A DNA stretch of 64,000 nt from Candidatus Gottesmanbacteria bacterium UBA6580 (GTDB lineage Bacteria; Patescibacteriota; Microgenomatia; UBA10105; UBA927), in contig DJJA01000003.1 in NCBI GenBank assembly GCA_002433895.1, positions 511,745 through 575,744 of the forward strand, in the 5' to 3' direction. Below are positions 47,925 to 57,007 of this stretch, one piece after another (position 1 is the first letter of the stretch; the number at the start of each line of letters is the position of its first letter). The translations under genes were made by a program, and so were the position numbers. The notes under the pieces were generated by a model. The model was not told where the DNA came from, made no database searches, and saw only the letters and a program-made list of their open reading frames with translations.

Positions 47925-48146
47925 ATGAAGCCACAGGATGCCTTTTTTTTCCTTGCCCTGTTGGTGTTATTCATTATCCGGAAGCCGCGGTTATTTCTTG
48001 TTGCAGGACTTAGTTCTCTTGTGCTCTCCATACCGTTATTTGCGTCCTGGGTATTTTTCACCGCTGAACGTCTGACATGGTACGCTGCTGCTTTTTTTGC
48101 CGCGTTTATTATTATTTCACTCCTAAAGCCTGATACGGTACAATAA
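47925..48146 (+). CDS. Small 2-3 TM membrane protein of unknown function
   Basis: 73 aa, MKPQDAFFFLALLVLFIIRK...SWVFFTAERLTWYAAAFFAAFIIISLL. It fits between the UXS and GalE genes with 3-4 nt spacers. Confidence 0.45.
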   Translation: MKPQDAFFFLALLVLFIIRKPRLFLVAGLSSLVLSIPLFASWVFFTAERLTWYAAAFFAAFIIISLLKPDTVQ

Positions 48147-48150
48147 AGTA

Positions 48151-49137
48151 ATGAAGATACTCGTGACCGGCGGGGCTGGCTATATTGGCAGCAACATGAC
48201 ACGGATGCTTGTTACACGCGGGTATGAACCGGTTGTCCTCGATACTCTTGAGTTTGGCCACCGGGAGGCAATACCGAGCAGTGTGCCGCTTATTGTTGGT
48301 TCCGTTGGTGATAAAGCAGTAGTTGAGCAAATTTTTCGGGATTACACCATTTCAGGCGTCCTTCATTTTGCGGGGTATCTCCAAGTGGAAGAATCAGTAA
48401 AATTTCCCATTAAATACATGCAAAACAATGTGATAGCTCCCATTGTTCTTTTGGAGGCGATGAAGGATGCGGGTGTGAAGCGGATTATTTTTTCTTCTAC
48501 AGCGGCAGTGTATGGCAATCCTCAATCTGTGCCTATTCCGGAAAATCACCGTAAAGCGCCAGTGTCACCGTATGGATTGTCAAAATGGATGTTTGAAGAG
48601 TTGCTTCGGGTGTATGACCGGTCATTTGGGATAAAAAGCATAAGCTTGCGTTATTTTAACGCGGCGGGCGCGTCACTCGATGGCGCGCACGGTGAAGTAC
48701 ACGTACCTGAAACACACCTTATTCCGCTTGCATGTTTGGCGGCGTTGGGCTCAGGCAAGGGATTTGGGATATACGGCACCGATTACGAAACTCCCGACGG
48801 CACGGCGCTCCGCGATTTTATCCACATCGAAGATTTAGCAGAAGCACATATTTTGACCCTTGAGGCATTGGGTAACGGACATGCGTCTGACGTCTACAAT
48901 GTCGGTACAGGAGATGGGGTGAGTGTTCAGGAAGTGGTTGACGCGGTAAAAAAAGAATCCGGTTCTGATTTTGAAGCGAAATTAGCGAGTAGACGTCCCG
49001 GAGATCCCGCGATACTGGTATCAGATCCTACCCGGCTTAAGAAAGAATTTGGTTGGGAGCCAAAGCACTCCAACATAAATTCAATTGTCGCGTCTGCGCT
49101 CAAATGGCACCAAAGCCACCCCAAAGGATATACATGA
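48151..49137 (+). CDS. galE: UDP-glucose 4-epimerase
   Basis: Contains MKILVTGGAGYIGSN...SSTAAVYG...YGLSKWMFEELLRVY...SLRYFNAAGA...DGTALRDFIHIEDLAEAH. Confidence 0.8.
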   Translation: MKILVTGGAGYIGSNMTRMLVTRGYEPVVLDTLEFGHREAIPSSVPLIVGSVGDKAVVEQIFRDYTISGVLHFAGYLQVEESVKFPIKYMQNNVIAPIVLLEAMKDAGVKRIIFSSTAAVYGNPQSVPIPENHRKAPVSPYGLSKWMFEELLRVYDRSFGIKSISLRYFNAAGASLDGAHGEVHVPETHLIPLACLAALGSGKGFGIYGTDYETPDGTALRDFIHIEDLAEAHILTLEALGNGHASDVYNVGTGDGVSVQEVVDAVKKESGSDFEAKLASRRPGDPAILVSDPTRLKKEFGWEPKHSNINSIVASALKWHQSHPKGYT

Positions 49138-49721
49138 GGATAGGCATAGATATCAGTCAGATCGCGTATGAGGGAACGGGTGTAGCGCAGTATGTCCGCC
49201 TGATTACCGAGGCACTGATCCGGGCGCATCCCGAGCATGAATATGTATTATTTGGGGCGTCATTACGGAAGAAACAGATATTTTTTGATTATAGTAAAAA
49301 ACTTCCGGGCAATCCCCGTTTAGTAGTGGTGAGCGTGCCCCCAACGATACTTGATTGGATGTGGAACCGGCTTCATATCGTGCCGGTGGAGTGGTTTATC
49401 GGGCCAGTTGATGTGTTTTGGAGTAGTGACTGGACACAGCCGCCGCTTTCCAAAGCCCGCGGGATTACGACCATCCACGACCTTTCTATCCTGCGTTACC
49501 CCGAAGAGTCGCATAATAAAGCAGAATTACATATCGGAAGCGCGGTACTGCGGCCAAATATTGTTGCTACCCAGAAGCGCCGGCTTATGCGTGCGATAGG
49601 CGAATGCCAGGCGTTTTTGTGTGATTCTGAGGCGACCAAAAAAGACGCCCACACACTCCTTCATATTCCGCTTGAAAAGCTTCATGTCGTGTATCCCGGA
49701 TACAAAGGAGTGTCAGTATGA
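49134..49721 (+). CDS. GT4 N-terminal-domain-only protein (truncated paralog or stand-alone partner of the next gene)
   Basis: Opens MRIGIDISQIAYEGTGVAQY and continues through ...GITTIHDLSILRYPEE...LCDSEATKKDAHTLLHIPLEKLHVVYPG. That is the GT4 N-domain plus interdomain linker, with no C-terminal catalytic domain. A complete GT4 gene follows with a 4-nt overlap. Confidence 0.5.
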   Translation: MRIGIDISQIAYEGTGVAQYVRLITEALIRAHPEHEYVLFGASLRKKQIFFDYSKKLPGNPRLVVVSVPPTILDWMWNRLHIVPVEWFIGPVDVFWSSDWTQPPLSKARGITTIHDLSILRYPEESHNKAELHIGSAVLRPNIVATQKRRLMRAIGECQAFLCDSEATKKDAHTLLHIPLEKLHVVYPGYKGVSV

Positions 49722-50845
49722 TTGCCGCGATTGATGGATATGAAGCAAACGCGAGTGTCCGCGTGGGTATCGGGCGTTATGCCTTTGAGATAATCGCGCA
49801 AATTGCCGCCAGGCAAAGTCAGGCAGATAGATTATTTGATGATGTCCGCGTGTATGTACCGGGTAAAGTGGCGGCACACATGCCCAAAGAAACCCAACAT
49901 TTTCATTATCGGGAGATACGCCCCCGGCAATTATGGACATGGGTAGGGTTTCCGCTTGCCCTTGCCCGTGAGAAGCCCACTCCCGATGTGGTATTTTCGC
50001 CGACTCACTATGTGCCCCGGTTTACCCGCATCCCACGGGTGATGGCTATTATGGACGTTTCGTACCTTTCGTATCCCGAGCTTTTTCGTGCGCAGGATTT
50101 ACATAAATTAGTCCATTGGACGGCATATTCAGTGCGTCATGCCGCGAAAATTATTACAATCAGTGTGTTTTCCAAACGTGCTATAATTGACGCATACCAT
50201 GTGCCCTCAGACAGGGTAGTAGTAGCATATCCGGCACTTCCGGACACCGTACTTATTCGCGCTATGGGGAAGAGTGAAAAAACCACTGCGTTACCTGAAA
50301 AATATATCCTGAGTGTCGGGACGCTCCAGCCACGAAAGAACTTTTCCCGCCTCATCGAGGCAATGGCGCATATTAGTGACCCCGACATCGAGCTTCTGAT
50401 CGTCGGAAAAAAAGGGTGGCTCTATGATGAAATACTGGGTGCCCCCAAAAAATTTGGCGTAGAAAATCGGGTGCGTTTCCTTGATTTCGTGCCTGATGAA
50501 GCTCTGCCGTCATTGTATACGCATGCGAAATGTTTTGTGTTGCCAAGTCTTTATGAGGGGTTCGGCTTGCCGGTGTTGGAAGCCATGGCTCATGGCACTC
50601 CTGTGGTTGTAAGTAGTGGCTCCAGTTTGCCTGAAATAGCGGGAGACGCAGGTATTTATGTCGATCCATCTGATGTTTCCAGCATTATAGATGGCATCAA
50701 CCGCGCACTCACTGAGTCCGCGGCTGACCGCAAAGCACGGATACAGCAAGGTTTACAGCGGGTTAAGGAGTTCACATGGGAGGGAGCTGCCGCAAAGGTG
50801 ATGGATGTCCTTGAGGACGTTGGTAAACAAGGGAGGAACGCATGA
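49718..50845 (+). CDS. GT4-family glycosyltransferase
   Basis: Contains EGFGLPVLEAMAHGTPVVVSSGSSLPEIAGDAGIYVDP. Confidence 0.85.
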   Translation: MIAAIDGYEANASVRVGIGRYAFEIIAQIAARQSQADRLFDDVRVYVPGKVAAHMPKETQHFHYREIRPRQLWTWVGFPLALAREKPTPDVVFSPTHYVPRFTRIPRVMAIMDVSYLSYPELFRAQDLHKLVHWTAYSVRHAAKIITISVFSKRAIIDAYHVPSDRVVVAYPALPDTVLIRAMGKSEKTTALPEKYILSVGTLQPRKNFSRLIEAMAHISDPDIELLIVGKKGWLYDEILGAPKKFGVENRVRFLDFVPDEALPSLYTHAKCFVLPSLYEGFGLPVLEAMAHGTPVVVSSGSSLPEIAGDAGIYVDPSDVSSIIDGINRALTESAADRKARIQQGLQRVKEFTWEGAAAKVMDVLEDVGKQGRNA

Positions 50846-51444
50846 GAATAGTTATTGATTTTTGGGTATATCTTGCAACCCTTACAGGGTTTGTCCCCAG
50901 TCATACGGTACGGTTATTTTTATACCGGTGGTTGTTCGGTGTCCGCATCGGCAGGAATACCTCTATTCACTGGCGGGCACAATTTAATAATCCGGCGGGT
51001 GTCACAATCGGACACAACACCATTATCGGCAACGATGCATTTTTAGATGGGCGGTTCAAGCGTGATGGAACAAATAAAAAAGAAGGCAAAATTGCGAGTT
51101 ACCTTAAACAGTTTTTTGGTGGCGGCTCGCGGCCGCTTACCATTGGCAACAATGTTTCCATTGCCGGAGAGGTGCGGATATACACGATGGAGCATGATAT
51201 CGACAGCGCGACATTTGCAGAGATTGGCGCTCCGGTGGTTATTGAAGATTATGTGGTTATCGGCACCCGGGTGACTATCTTACCCGGTGTGACGATTGGC
51301 CGTGGTGCAGTGGTTGCTTCGGGAGCGGTCGTTACCAAAAATGTGGCGCCGTACGCAGTGATGGGAGGTGTACCGGCAGTATTTATTCGTGAGCGGAGTC
51401 ATGATTTGAAATATACATTAAAGTTTGCCAGATTATTTCAATAA
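50842..51444 (+). CDS. Hexapeptide-repeat acetyltransferase (WcaF/maltose O-acetyltransferase-like)
   Basis: Contains IGHNTIIGNDAFLDG...VSIAGEVRIYTMEHD...VVIGTRVTILPGVTIGRGAVVASGAVVTKNVAPYAVMGGVPAVFIRER. Confidence 0.75.
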   Translation: MRIVIDFWVYLATLTGFVPSHTVRLFLYRWLFGVRIGRNTSIHWRAQFNNPAGVTIGHNTIIGNDAFLDGRFKRDGTNKKEGKIASYLKQFFGGGSRPLTIGNNVSIAGEVRIYTMEHDIDSATFAEIGAPVVIEDYVVIGTRVTILPGVTIGRGAVVASGAVVTKNVAPYAVMGGVPAVFIRERSHDLKYTLKFARLFQ

Positions 51445-51462
51445 TGTCCCCAATAATTTTCT

Positions 51463-52335
51463 ATGGCGTTGGATTTATCCATTATTATCGTTAGCTTCAA
51501 TACCAAAAAACTTACGGAAGATTGTCTGACCTCTGTCATGAGGAGCCTCAAAGATGCCAAACTAACCTGGGAGATAATCCTTATCGATAACGTTTCGACA
51601 GACGGTACCCGGGAAATGCTCAAAAAGAAATTCCCCATGGTCCGTACTGTATTAAATGATGAAAATGTCGGATTTGGAAAAGGGAACAATCAGGGTATCC
51701 GGATGAGCAGGGGTGAGTATATATTATTGTTAAACTCAGATACCATTGTCCTCAATAATTCGATAGTGAAGCTTGTTTCTTACGGACGCCAGCACCCGAA
51801 CGCGTTTATTGGCCCCAAGTTGCTTAATCCCGACCGCAGCCCGCAAAGCTCGTGTGGTCCGTTTTTTAGTCTGCCGGTCGTATTTGCGTCGCTGTTTTTG
51901 AAAGGGGATTATATTGGATTAACGCGTTGGTCACCGACACGCGCCCGTAAGGTCGACTGGGTATCTGGAGCCTGTATACTTGCTCCAAAAAAATTGTTTA
52001 TGCAGGATTTGTTATTTGACGAGAATATATTTATGTACATGGAAGAAATCGACCTCCTTATGCGGGCGCGGAAAAAAGGGTATCCAACCTATTTCTATCC
52101 TCGTAGTCTTATCGTACACTTAGGAGCAGCAAGTTCGACAAACAAGCGAAAAGGGCCGGTGTTGAATATTTACCGGGGATTTCTTTATCTGTACCGGAAG
52201 CACGGCTCGCCTGTAGGCTTGTGGCTTGTCCGCGCTATGCTTAAAATAAAAGCAGTGCTTGCCTGGGTGATCGGGGCAGTATTGGGGAAGGAAACACTCA
52301 AAGACACTTATGCAGAAGCTTATAAAATGGTGTAA
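51463..52335 (+). CDS. GT2-family glycosyltransferase
   Basis: Opens LSIIIVSFNTKKLTEDCL...IILIDNVSTDGT and carries LLLNSDT. Confidence 0.8.
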   Translation: MALDLSIIIVSFNTKKLTEDCLTSVMRSLKDAKLTWEIILIDNVSTDGTREMLKKKFPMVRTVLNDENVGFGKGNNQGIRMSRGEYILLLNSDTIVLNNSIVKLVSYGRQHPNAFIGPKLLNPDRSPQSSCGPFFSLPVVFASLFLKGDYIGLTRWSPTRARKVDWVSGACILAPKKLFMQDLLFDENIFMYMEEIDLLMRARKKGYPTYFYPRSLIVHLGAASSTNKRKGPVLNIYRGFLYLYRKHGSPVGLWLVRAMLKIKAVLAWVIGAVLGKETLKDTYAEAYKMV

Positions 52336-55300
52336 AACATGGGGACTTGCGGCAGCATCGCTTTTTCTCCTGGCATTTATTCCGCTTTATCCAAAACTTC
52401 CGCTATTGGATATACGTAATACCTGGGTATACGTGCGCGTAGAAGATTTTCTGGTGCTGTTCGTGCTGTTGGCATGGGGTATAACTCAGATCAAAGACAA
52501 GCTTCTCATTAGATCTCCAATCACCGTCCCCGTATTGTTGTTTTGGCTGGCGGGAGGTGTGGCGACTATTCACAGTATTTTGCTTATTGTTCCTGTGGTG
52601 TGGGACATATTTCCCAATGTCGCGTTTTTGAGCTTTTTACGGCGGATAGAGTACATGAGCTTGTTTTTTGTGGCGTATGCTTCAGTACGCGATAAGCGGA
52701 TTATCCTCCCTATCGCGGTGACTATCATTTTGACTGTGCTTGCGGTGAGCCTGTATGGTGTCGGGCAAAAGTATATGGGGCTGCCTGCGTATTTGACCAT
52801 GAACGAAGAATTTGCCAAGGGCATACCGCTGCAACTTTCCGCGCTTTCCCGGGTATCTTCGACGTTTGGCGGGCATTACGATCTCGCGGCTTTTTTGGTA
52901 CTCACGCTGCCAATTATCGTCAGTATCATGTTTGCGGCAAAGCATATTGTTTTGAAAGCCGTGCTCGCGGGTATATTTGCGCTCGGGTTTTTTGTACTGT
53001 TTATGACGGTTTCGAGAATTTCGGTATTTGCCTTATTTATTTCGGTTGGATTGGTCTTGTTTTTTCAGCGCAGAAAATTAGTGCTTCTTCTGCTTCCGAT
53101 TGGCGTTATCGGTGTATTGGTGCTCCTTGCATTTGCTCCCGGACTCGTTGACCGGTTCGGCAGTACGGTAAAAACCGTTGACGTACTGGTGGATGCCAAA
53201 ACCGGCCATCCGATAGGACACGTGCGCGTGGTGCCCAATACGTATTTCGAACATAAAATCGTACGGCAGTATTTATATGACAGTATCGGAGACGTTACGG
53301 TACTTGCAAGCCCATCGGCGAAATTCATTGTGCCGTATACCTTGCTCGACCCGGAGGTAGTAGTCCTTACCGAACCCACCGCGCCCACAGGCGAGGATTT
53401 ACCCTCGGGCACCGGATATATCAACTTAACACTTTCTCCAGACATAAAGCGTGTCGGAGAATTTTTTTACGAACCGGATGTGCGGGAATCCACAACTTCC
53501 GCGGAAGCGTATATCATCAATGGCCAGTATCTCATTAAGCGGGCCGCAGCGTATGATTTGTCATTTACCACCAGATTTCAGGGGGAGTGGCCGCATGCGA
53601 TTGCGGCGTTTAAGCGGAATATTTTGGTTGGCAGCGGATATGGATCGGTAAGTTTGGCAGTAGACAATAGTTATCTCCGCATGTTGGCAGAAGTCGGATT
53701 ACTGGGGTTTGTATCATTTATATCTATATTTCTTTTGTTTGGGGTTTATCTATACCGGGTGCTCCCCTCAGTCGAAAATCCGCTCACCAGAAGTGTTGCG
53801 TGGGGGCTGGCTGCTGGAGTAGTAGGGCTTGCGATTAACGCGGTATTTATCGATGTATTTGAAGCATCAAAAGTGGCGTTTACCCTATGGTTGTTGATGG
53901 GATTACTATTAGGCGTGTTGGGCGTGACGGCACCGAAAGTAACGGTACATTTCATGGCGGAAATGAAACGAGTTGCCACAAGTTACCCTGCGGTAATCGT
54001 GTACTTACTGGTCGTCACATCATTGTTGTGGCTGCCGCTTACCAGAAATTATTTTATCGGCGATGACTTTACCTGGCTCAGGTGGGCAGCCGACTGTGCC
54101 AACGTTTCCGCGCTGACCGACGGATGCGGGCTTACCTGGTCGTCCGTGACCACATATCTTACGGAAGCGGGGGGGTTTTTCTACCGCCCAGCCACGAAGC
54201 TCTATTTCGCATTAATGTATCAAACGGTGTGGCTTAACCAAACCGTGTATCACGCGGTATCGCTGGCACTTCATTTTCTGGTAAGTGTGTGTGTATTTTT
54301 CCTGGGACTCAGGTTATTTAAGAGCAAAATGCTGGGAGCGGTAAGCGCGTTTGTTTTTGTGTGGCTAAGTGGATTTTCGGAGGCAGTATTCTGGATTGCG
54401 GCAACCGGGCATATGTTTGCCACTCTTCTCATGCTGCTAAGCTTTTTTAGCTACGGCGCGTGGAGAGAAAAGCATAATGGATGGTTTTTCGTGGGTGCTA
54501 TCGCCACGTTTGCATTGTCGCTCGGGTTTCATGAGATGGGTGTGGTGACGCCACTGTTATACCTTCTCTACGAGTTGGCCTTTTCTGATGAGCCAAAATC
54601 ACTTCGGGTGATGGCGCGGAGTATAGCACACTGGTGGTTGTTGTTGCCGTTACCGGTATACGCAATGATGCGGTTATTTGCAGGAAGCCATTGGTTTAGC
54701 GGCGACTACAATTTTAATCTTTTCAAACTTCCGGTAAACGCCGTCGGAAACGCGTTGGGGTATTTCTTGATTGCCTTGACTGGTTCCTACGGGACCGCGA
54801 TATCACAGGGACTGCGGGTAGCACTTCGTGACAATCTGGCGGTAGCAGTACTACTGCTCGTTTTGGGAATAGTGGGAAGTGCGTATGTATACCGTGGTAT
54901 CCGGGACTCCATAAATCTGTGGGAAAAACGGATTATCCGGTTTTCATTACTGTTTTTCGGTATCTGCCTGTTGCCGTTTTTGGGACTTGGAAATATCGCG
55001 CCACGGTATGGGTATACCGCGTCTATCGGTGTTGTGTTGCTTATGGTGTATGGTATGTCAAAGCTGTATGCGGCGCTTCTTGTCAACGGGCGTGACATCG
55101 CCCGTATAGTGATGGCGGTGCTCATCAGTATTTTTGTGTTGTTTCACAGCGTGAGCATGCATCAGCTGCATCAGGACTGGAATCAGGCAGGGGATAAGGT
55201 GAAGCGGTTTATTATTTCTATGGACAGTGTGTATATCGATGAATGGGCAGTGGCTCCCATGGAGATGCATTTTGTAAATATTCCTATCCGTCACGGCAAC

Positions 55301-55501
55301 GCGTGGGTATTTCCTGTGGGAATTTCAGACGCGCTGTGGTTTGTCTACCGGAACCCCAATATAAAAATATATACCTGGTCATCCGCGGAGGAGGCGTTAC
55401 ATGCCGTAACGTACGGTTCGTTAACCCAAAAAGTATTTATATTTAAGAGTGACGGATCGGTGGAGGAAGTGAAAAAAGAGCCGCCGGTAGATATCAAATG
55501 A
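52310..55501 (+). CDS. Giant membrane fusion protein: Wzy_C/O-antigen-ligase-like domain (N-terminal half) plus GT-C-like polytopic domain (C-terminal half)
   Basis: 1063 aa. The N-terminal half has many TM helices and the ligase/polymerase signature GSGYGSVSLAVDNSYLRMLAEVGLLG (compare the H-N-x-x-L-x4-E-x-G-x-x-G motif of WaaL/Wzy). The C-terminal half has more than 10 TM helices with an early loop NYFIGDDFTWLRWA. Confidence 0.55.
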   Translation: MQKLIKWCKTWGLAAASLFLLAFIPLYPKLPLLDIRNTWVYVRVEDFLVLFVLLAWGITQIKDKLLIRSPITVPVLLFWLAGGVATIHSILLIVPVVWDIFPNVAFLSFLRRIEYMSLFFVAYASVRDKRIILPIAVTIILTVLAVSLYGVGQKYMGLPAYLTMNEEFAKGIPLQLSALSRVSSTFGGHYDLAAFLVLTLPIIVSIMFAAKHIVLKAVLAGIFALGFFVLFMTVSRISVFALFISVGLVLFFQRRKLVLLLLPIGVIGVLVLLAFAPGLVDRFGSTVKTVDVLVDAKTGHPIGHVRVVPNTYFEHKIVRQYLYDSIGDVTVLASPSAKFIVPYTLLDPEVVVLTEPTAPTGEDLPSGTGYINLTLSPDIKRVGEFFYEPDVRESTTSAEAYIINGQYLIKRAAAYDLSFTTRFQGEWPHAIAAFKRNILVGSGYGSVSLAVDNSYLRMLAEVGLLGFVSFISIFLLFGVYLYRVLPSVENPLTRSVAWGLAAGVVGLAINAVFIDVFEASKVAFTLWLLMGLLLGVLGVTAPKVTVHFMAEMKRVATSYPAVIVYLLVVTSLLWLPLTRNYFIGDDFTWLRWAADCANVSALTDGCGLTWSSVTTYLTEAGGFFYRPATKLYFALMYQTVWLNQTVYHAVSLALHFLVSVCVFFLGLRLFKSKMLGAVSAFVFVWLSGFSEAVFWIAATGHMFATLLMLLSFFSYGAWREKHNGWFFVGAIATFALSLGFHEMGVVTPLLYLLYELAFSDEPKSLRVMARSIAHWWLLLPLPVYAMMRLFAGSHWFSGDYNFNLFKLPVNAVGNALGYFLIALTGSYGTAISQGLRVALRDNLAVAVLLLVLGIVGSAYVYRGIRDSINLWEKRIIRFSLLFFGICLLPFLGLGNIAPRYGYTASIGVVLLMVYGMSKLYAALLVNGRDIARIVMAVLISIFVLFHSVSMHQLHQDWNQAGDKVKRFIISMDSVYIDEWAVAPMEMHFVNIPIRHGNAWVFPVGISDALWFVYRNPNIKIYTWSSAEEALHAVTYGSLTQKVFIFKSDGSVEEVKKEPPVDIK

Positions 55502-56946
55502 AAAAAATACATGTTTTTTTAATAACACTCATCGTGATGGTCACGGTGGGGTTACGGCTCTACAAGGTGAACGCGCCGATTGCAGACTGGCACAGTTTCC
55601 GGCAGGTAGATACTGCGTCGGTCGCCCGGTTTTTTGTGCAGAACGGTATTGATCTGATGCACCCCCGGTATCACGATCTATCCAATATCCAATCCGGAAA
55701 AGATAACCCGGAAGGGTGGCGCATGGTGGAGCTTCCGGTGTACCAGGGAATTGCCGCGGGTCTTGCCCGTGGCATACCGGCAGTATCACTCGATGTATGG
55801 TTGCGGCTCGTGACTATCATGGCCGCGGCGGGCACGGCATTGCTGCTCATGCTTATCTTATTTCAGGTGAGTTCACCGGCGGTAGCTTTGGTTGCCGGAA
55901 GTATATACGCAATACTTCCATATAGTGTCTTTTTTGGCCGCACCGTTTTACCGGAAACATTCGCGGTATTTTGGGCGGTACTGAGTGTGTATATGGCAGT
56001 TTTGGCGACCAAAGCGCCCCGTGGTTCGTGGTACATCATCGGAGCGGCAGTCGCCGGTGCCGTGGCGTTGTTAGTAAAACCAACGGCTGGATTTTTGTTG
56101 CTTCCCGCGCCGTACCTCATCATCCGGCATTACCGTGTCTCTCCTAAAACAATGCTGTATCTATCCGCATATGTCCTCATAACACTTCTGCCCTTGCTGT
56201 GGTGGAGGAACTGGATTGCCCAATTTCCTGAAGGAATTCCTGTCTACGAGTGGTTGCTCAATAAAGATAATATCCGGTTTAAGGGTGCGTGGTTTCATTG
56301 GCTATTTGCACAGCGTATCGGGGAACTGTTATTAGGATTTTGGGGGCTTATCCCATTTGGTATAGGTTTGCTTTCTCCCGGTGAAAAAAGGGAAGGGTGG
56401 CTTGCCCATGTGTTCGGGTTTGGATCGCTTTTATATTTAGTGGTATTTGCGGCCGGAAACGTACAGCATGATTATTATCAAATACTGTTATTGCCGGCGG
56501 TGAGTATTTACACGGCAAAAGGATTAGTCTGGATATTTTCGGAGAAACGTTTTCCTGTTGTTTCCCGTTTTTCGGTGATCAGCGTTTGCGTGCTGTTTAT
56601 GCTGGCATTTTCGTGGTTCACTATACGGACCTATTATTGGATTAACCGGCCGGAAATTATTGAGGCGGGAACGGCTGCTGACCGGTTGCTCCCGAAAGGC
56701 GCGAAGGTGATCGCGCCGTATAACGGTGATACGACATTTCTTTATCAGACGGGGCGTCAGGGATGGCCGTTGGGGTTTGATATTGATGAAAAAATTACCA
56801 TGGGAGCCACTCATTACGTGACGGTTTCACCGACCGATGCTGATTTTGAAACAATGGAGTTGGCGAAAAAATATACGGTACTTGTGCGAAATGACCGGTA
56901 TGCCATCATTGACTTAACGAAGCCCAATACAGCAGTTGACCGTTAA
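55498..56946 (+). CDS. ArnT/PMT-like GT-C membrane glycosyltransferase
   Basis: 482 aa, multi-TM. First loop ADWHSFRQVDTASVARFF, compare ArnT D-E-x-R-Y-A. Confidence 0.5.
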   Translation: MKKIHVFLITLIVMVTVGLRLYKVNAPIADWHSFRQVDTASVARFFVQNGIDLMHPRYHDLSNIQSGKDNPEGWRMVELPVYQGIAAGLARGIPAVSLDVWLRLVTIMAAAGTALLLMLILFQVSSPAVALVAGSIYAILPYSVFFGRTVLPETFAVFWAVLSVYMAVLATKAPRGSWYIIGAAVAGAVALLVKPTAGFLLLPAPYLIIRHYRVSPKTMLYLSAYVLITLLPLLWWRNWIAQFPEGIPVYEWLLNKDNIRFKGAWFHWLFAQRIGELLLGFWGLIPFGIGLLSPGEKREGWLAHVFGFGSLLYLVVFAAGNVQHDYYQILLLPAVSIYTAKGLVWIFSEKRFPVVSRFSVISVCVLFMLAFSWFTIRTYYWINRPEIIEAGTAADRLLPKGAKVIAPYNGDTTFLYQTGRQGWPLGFDIDEKITMGATHYVTVSPTDADFETMELAKKYTVLVRNDRYAIIDLTKPNTAVDR

Positions 56947-57007
56947 CTTGCGACTATTAACCAGAAAATGTGTGTTTTGGTCAATAGTTAACCGTGAACT
57001 ATGAATT

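Noticed and set aside
56947-57007. TTGGTC-17bp-TATGAAT promoter-like element and a partial direct repeat TATTAACC/TAGTTAACC upstream of the GT4 gene at 57008
   Set aside because: The spacing to the ATG is too short for a normal leader and the hexamers are weak. It is left as unannotated intergenic sequence.
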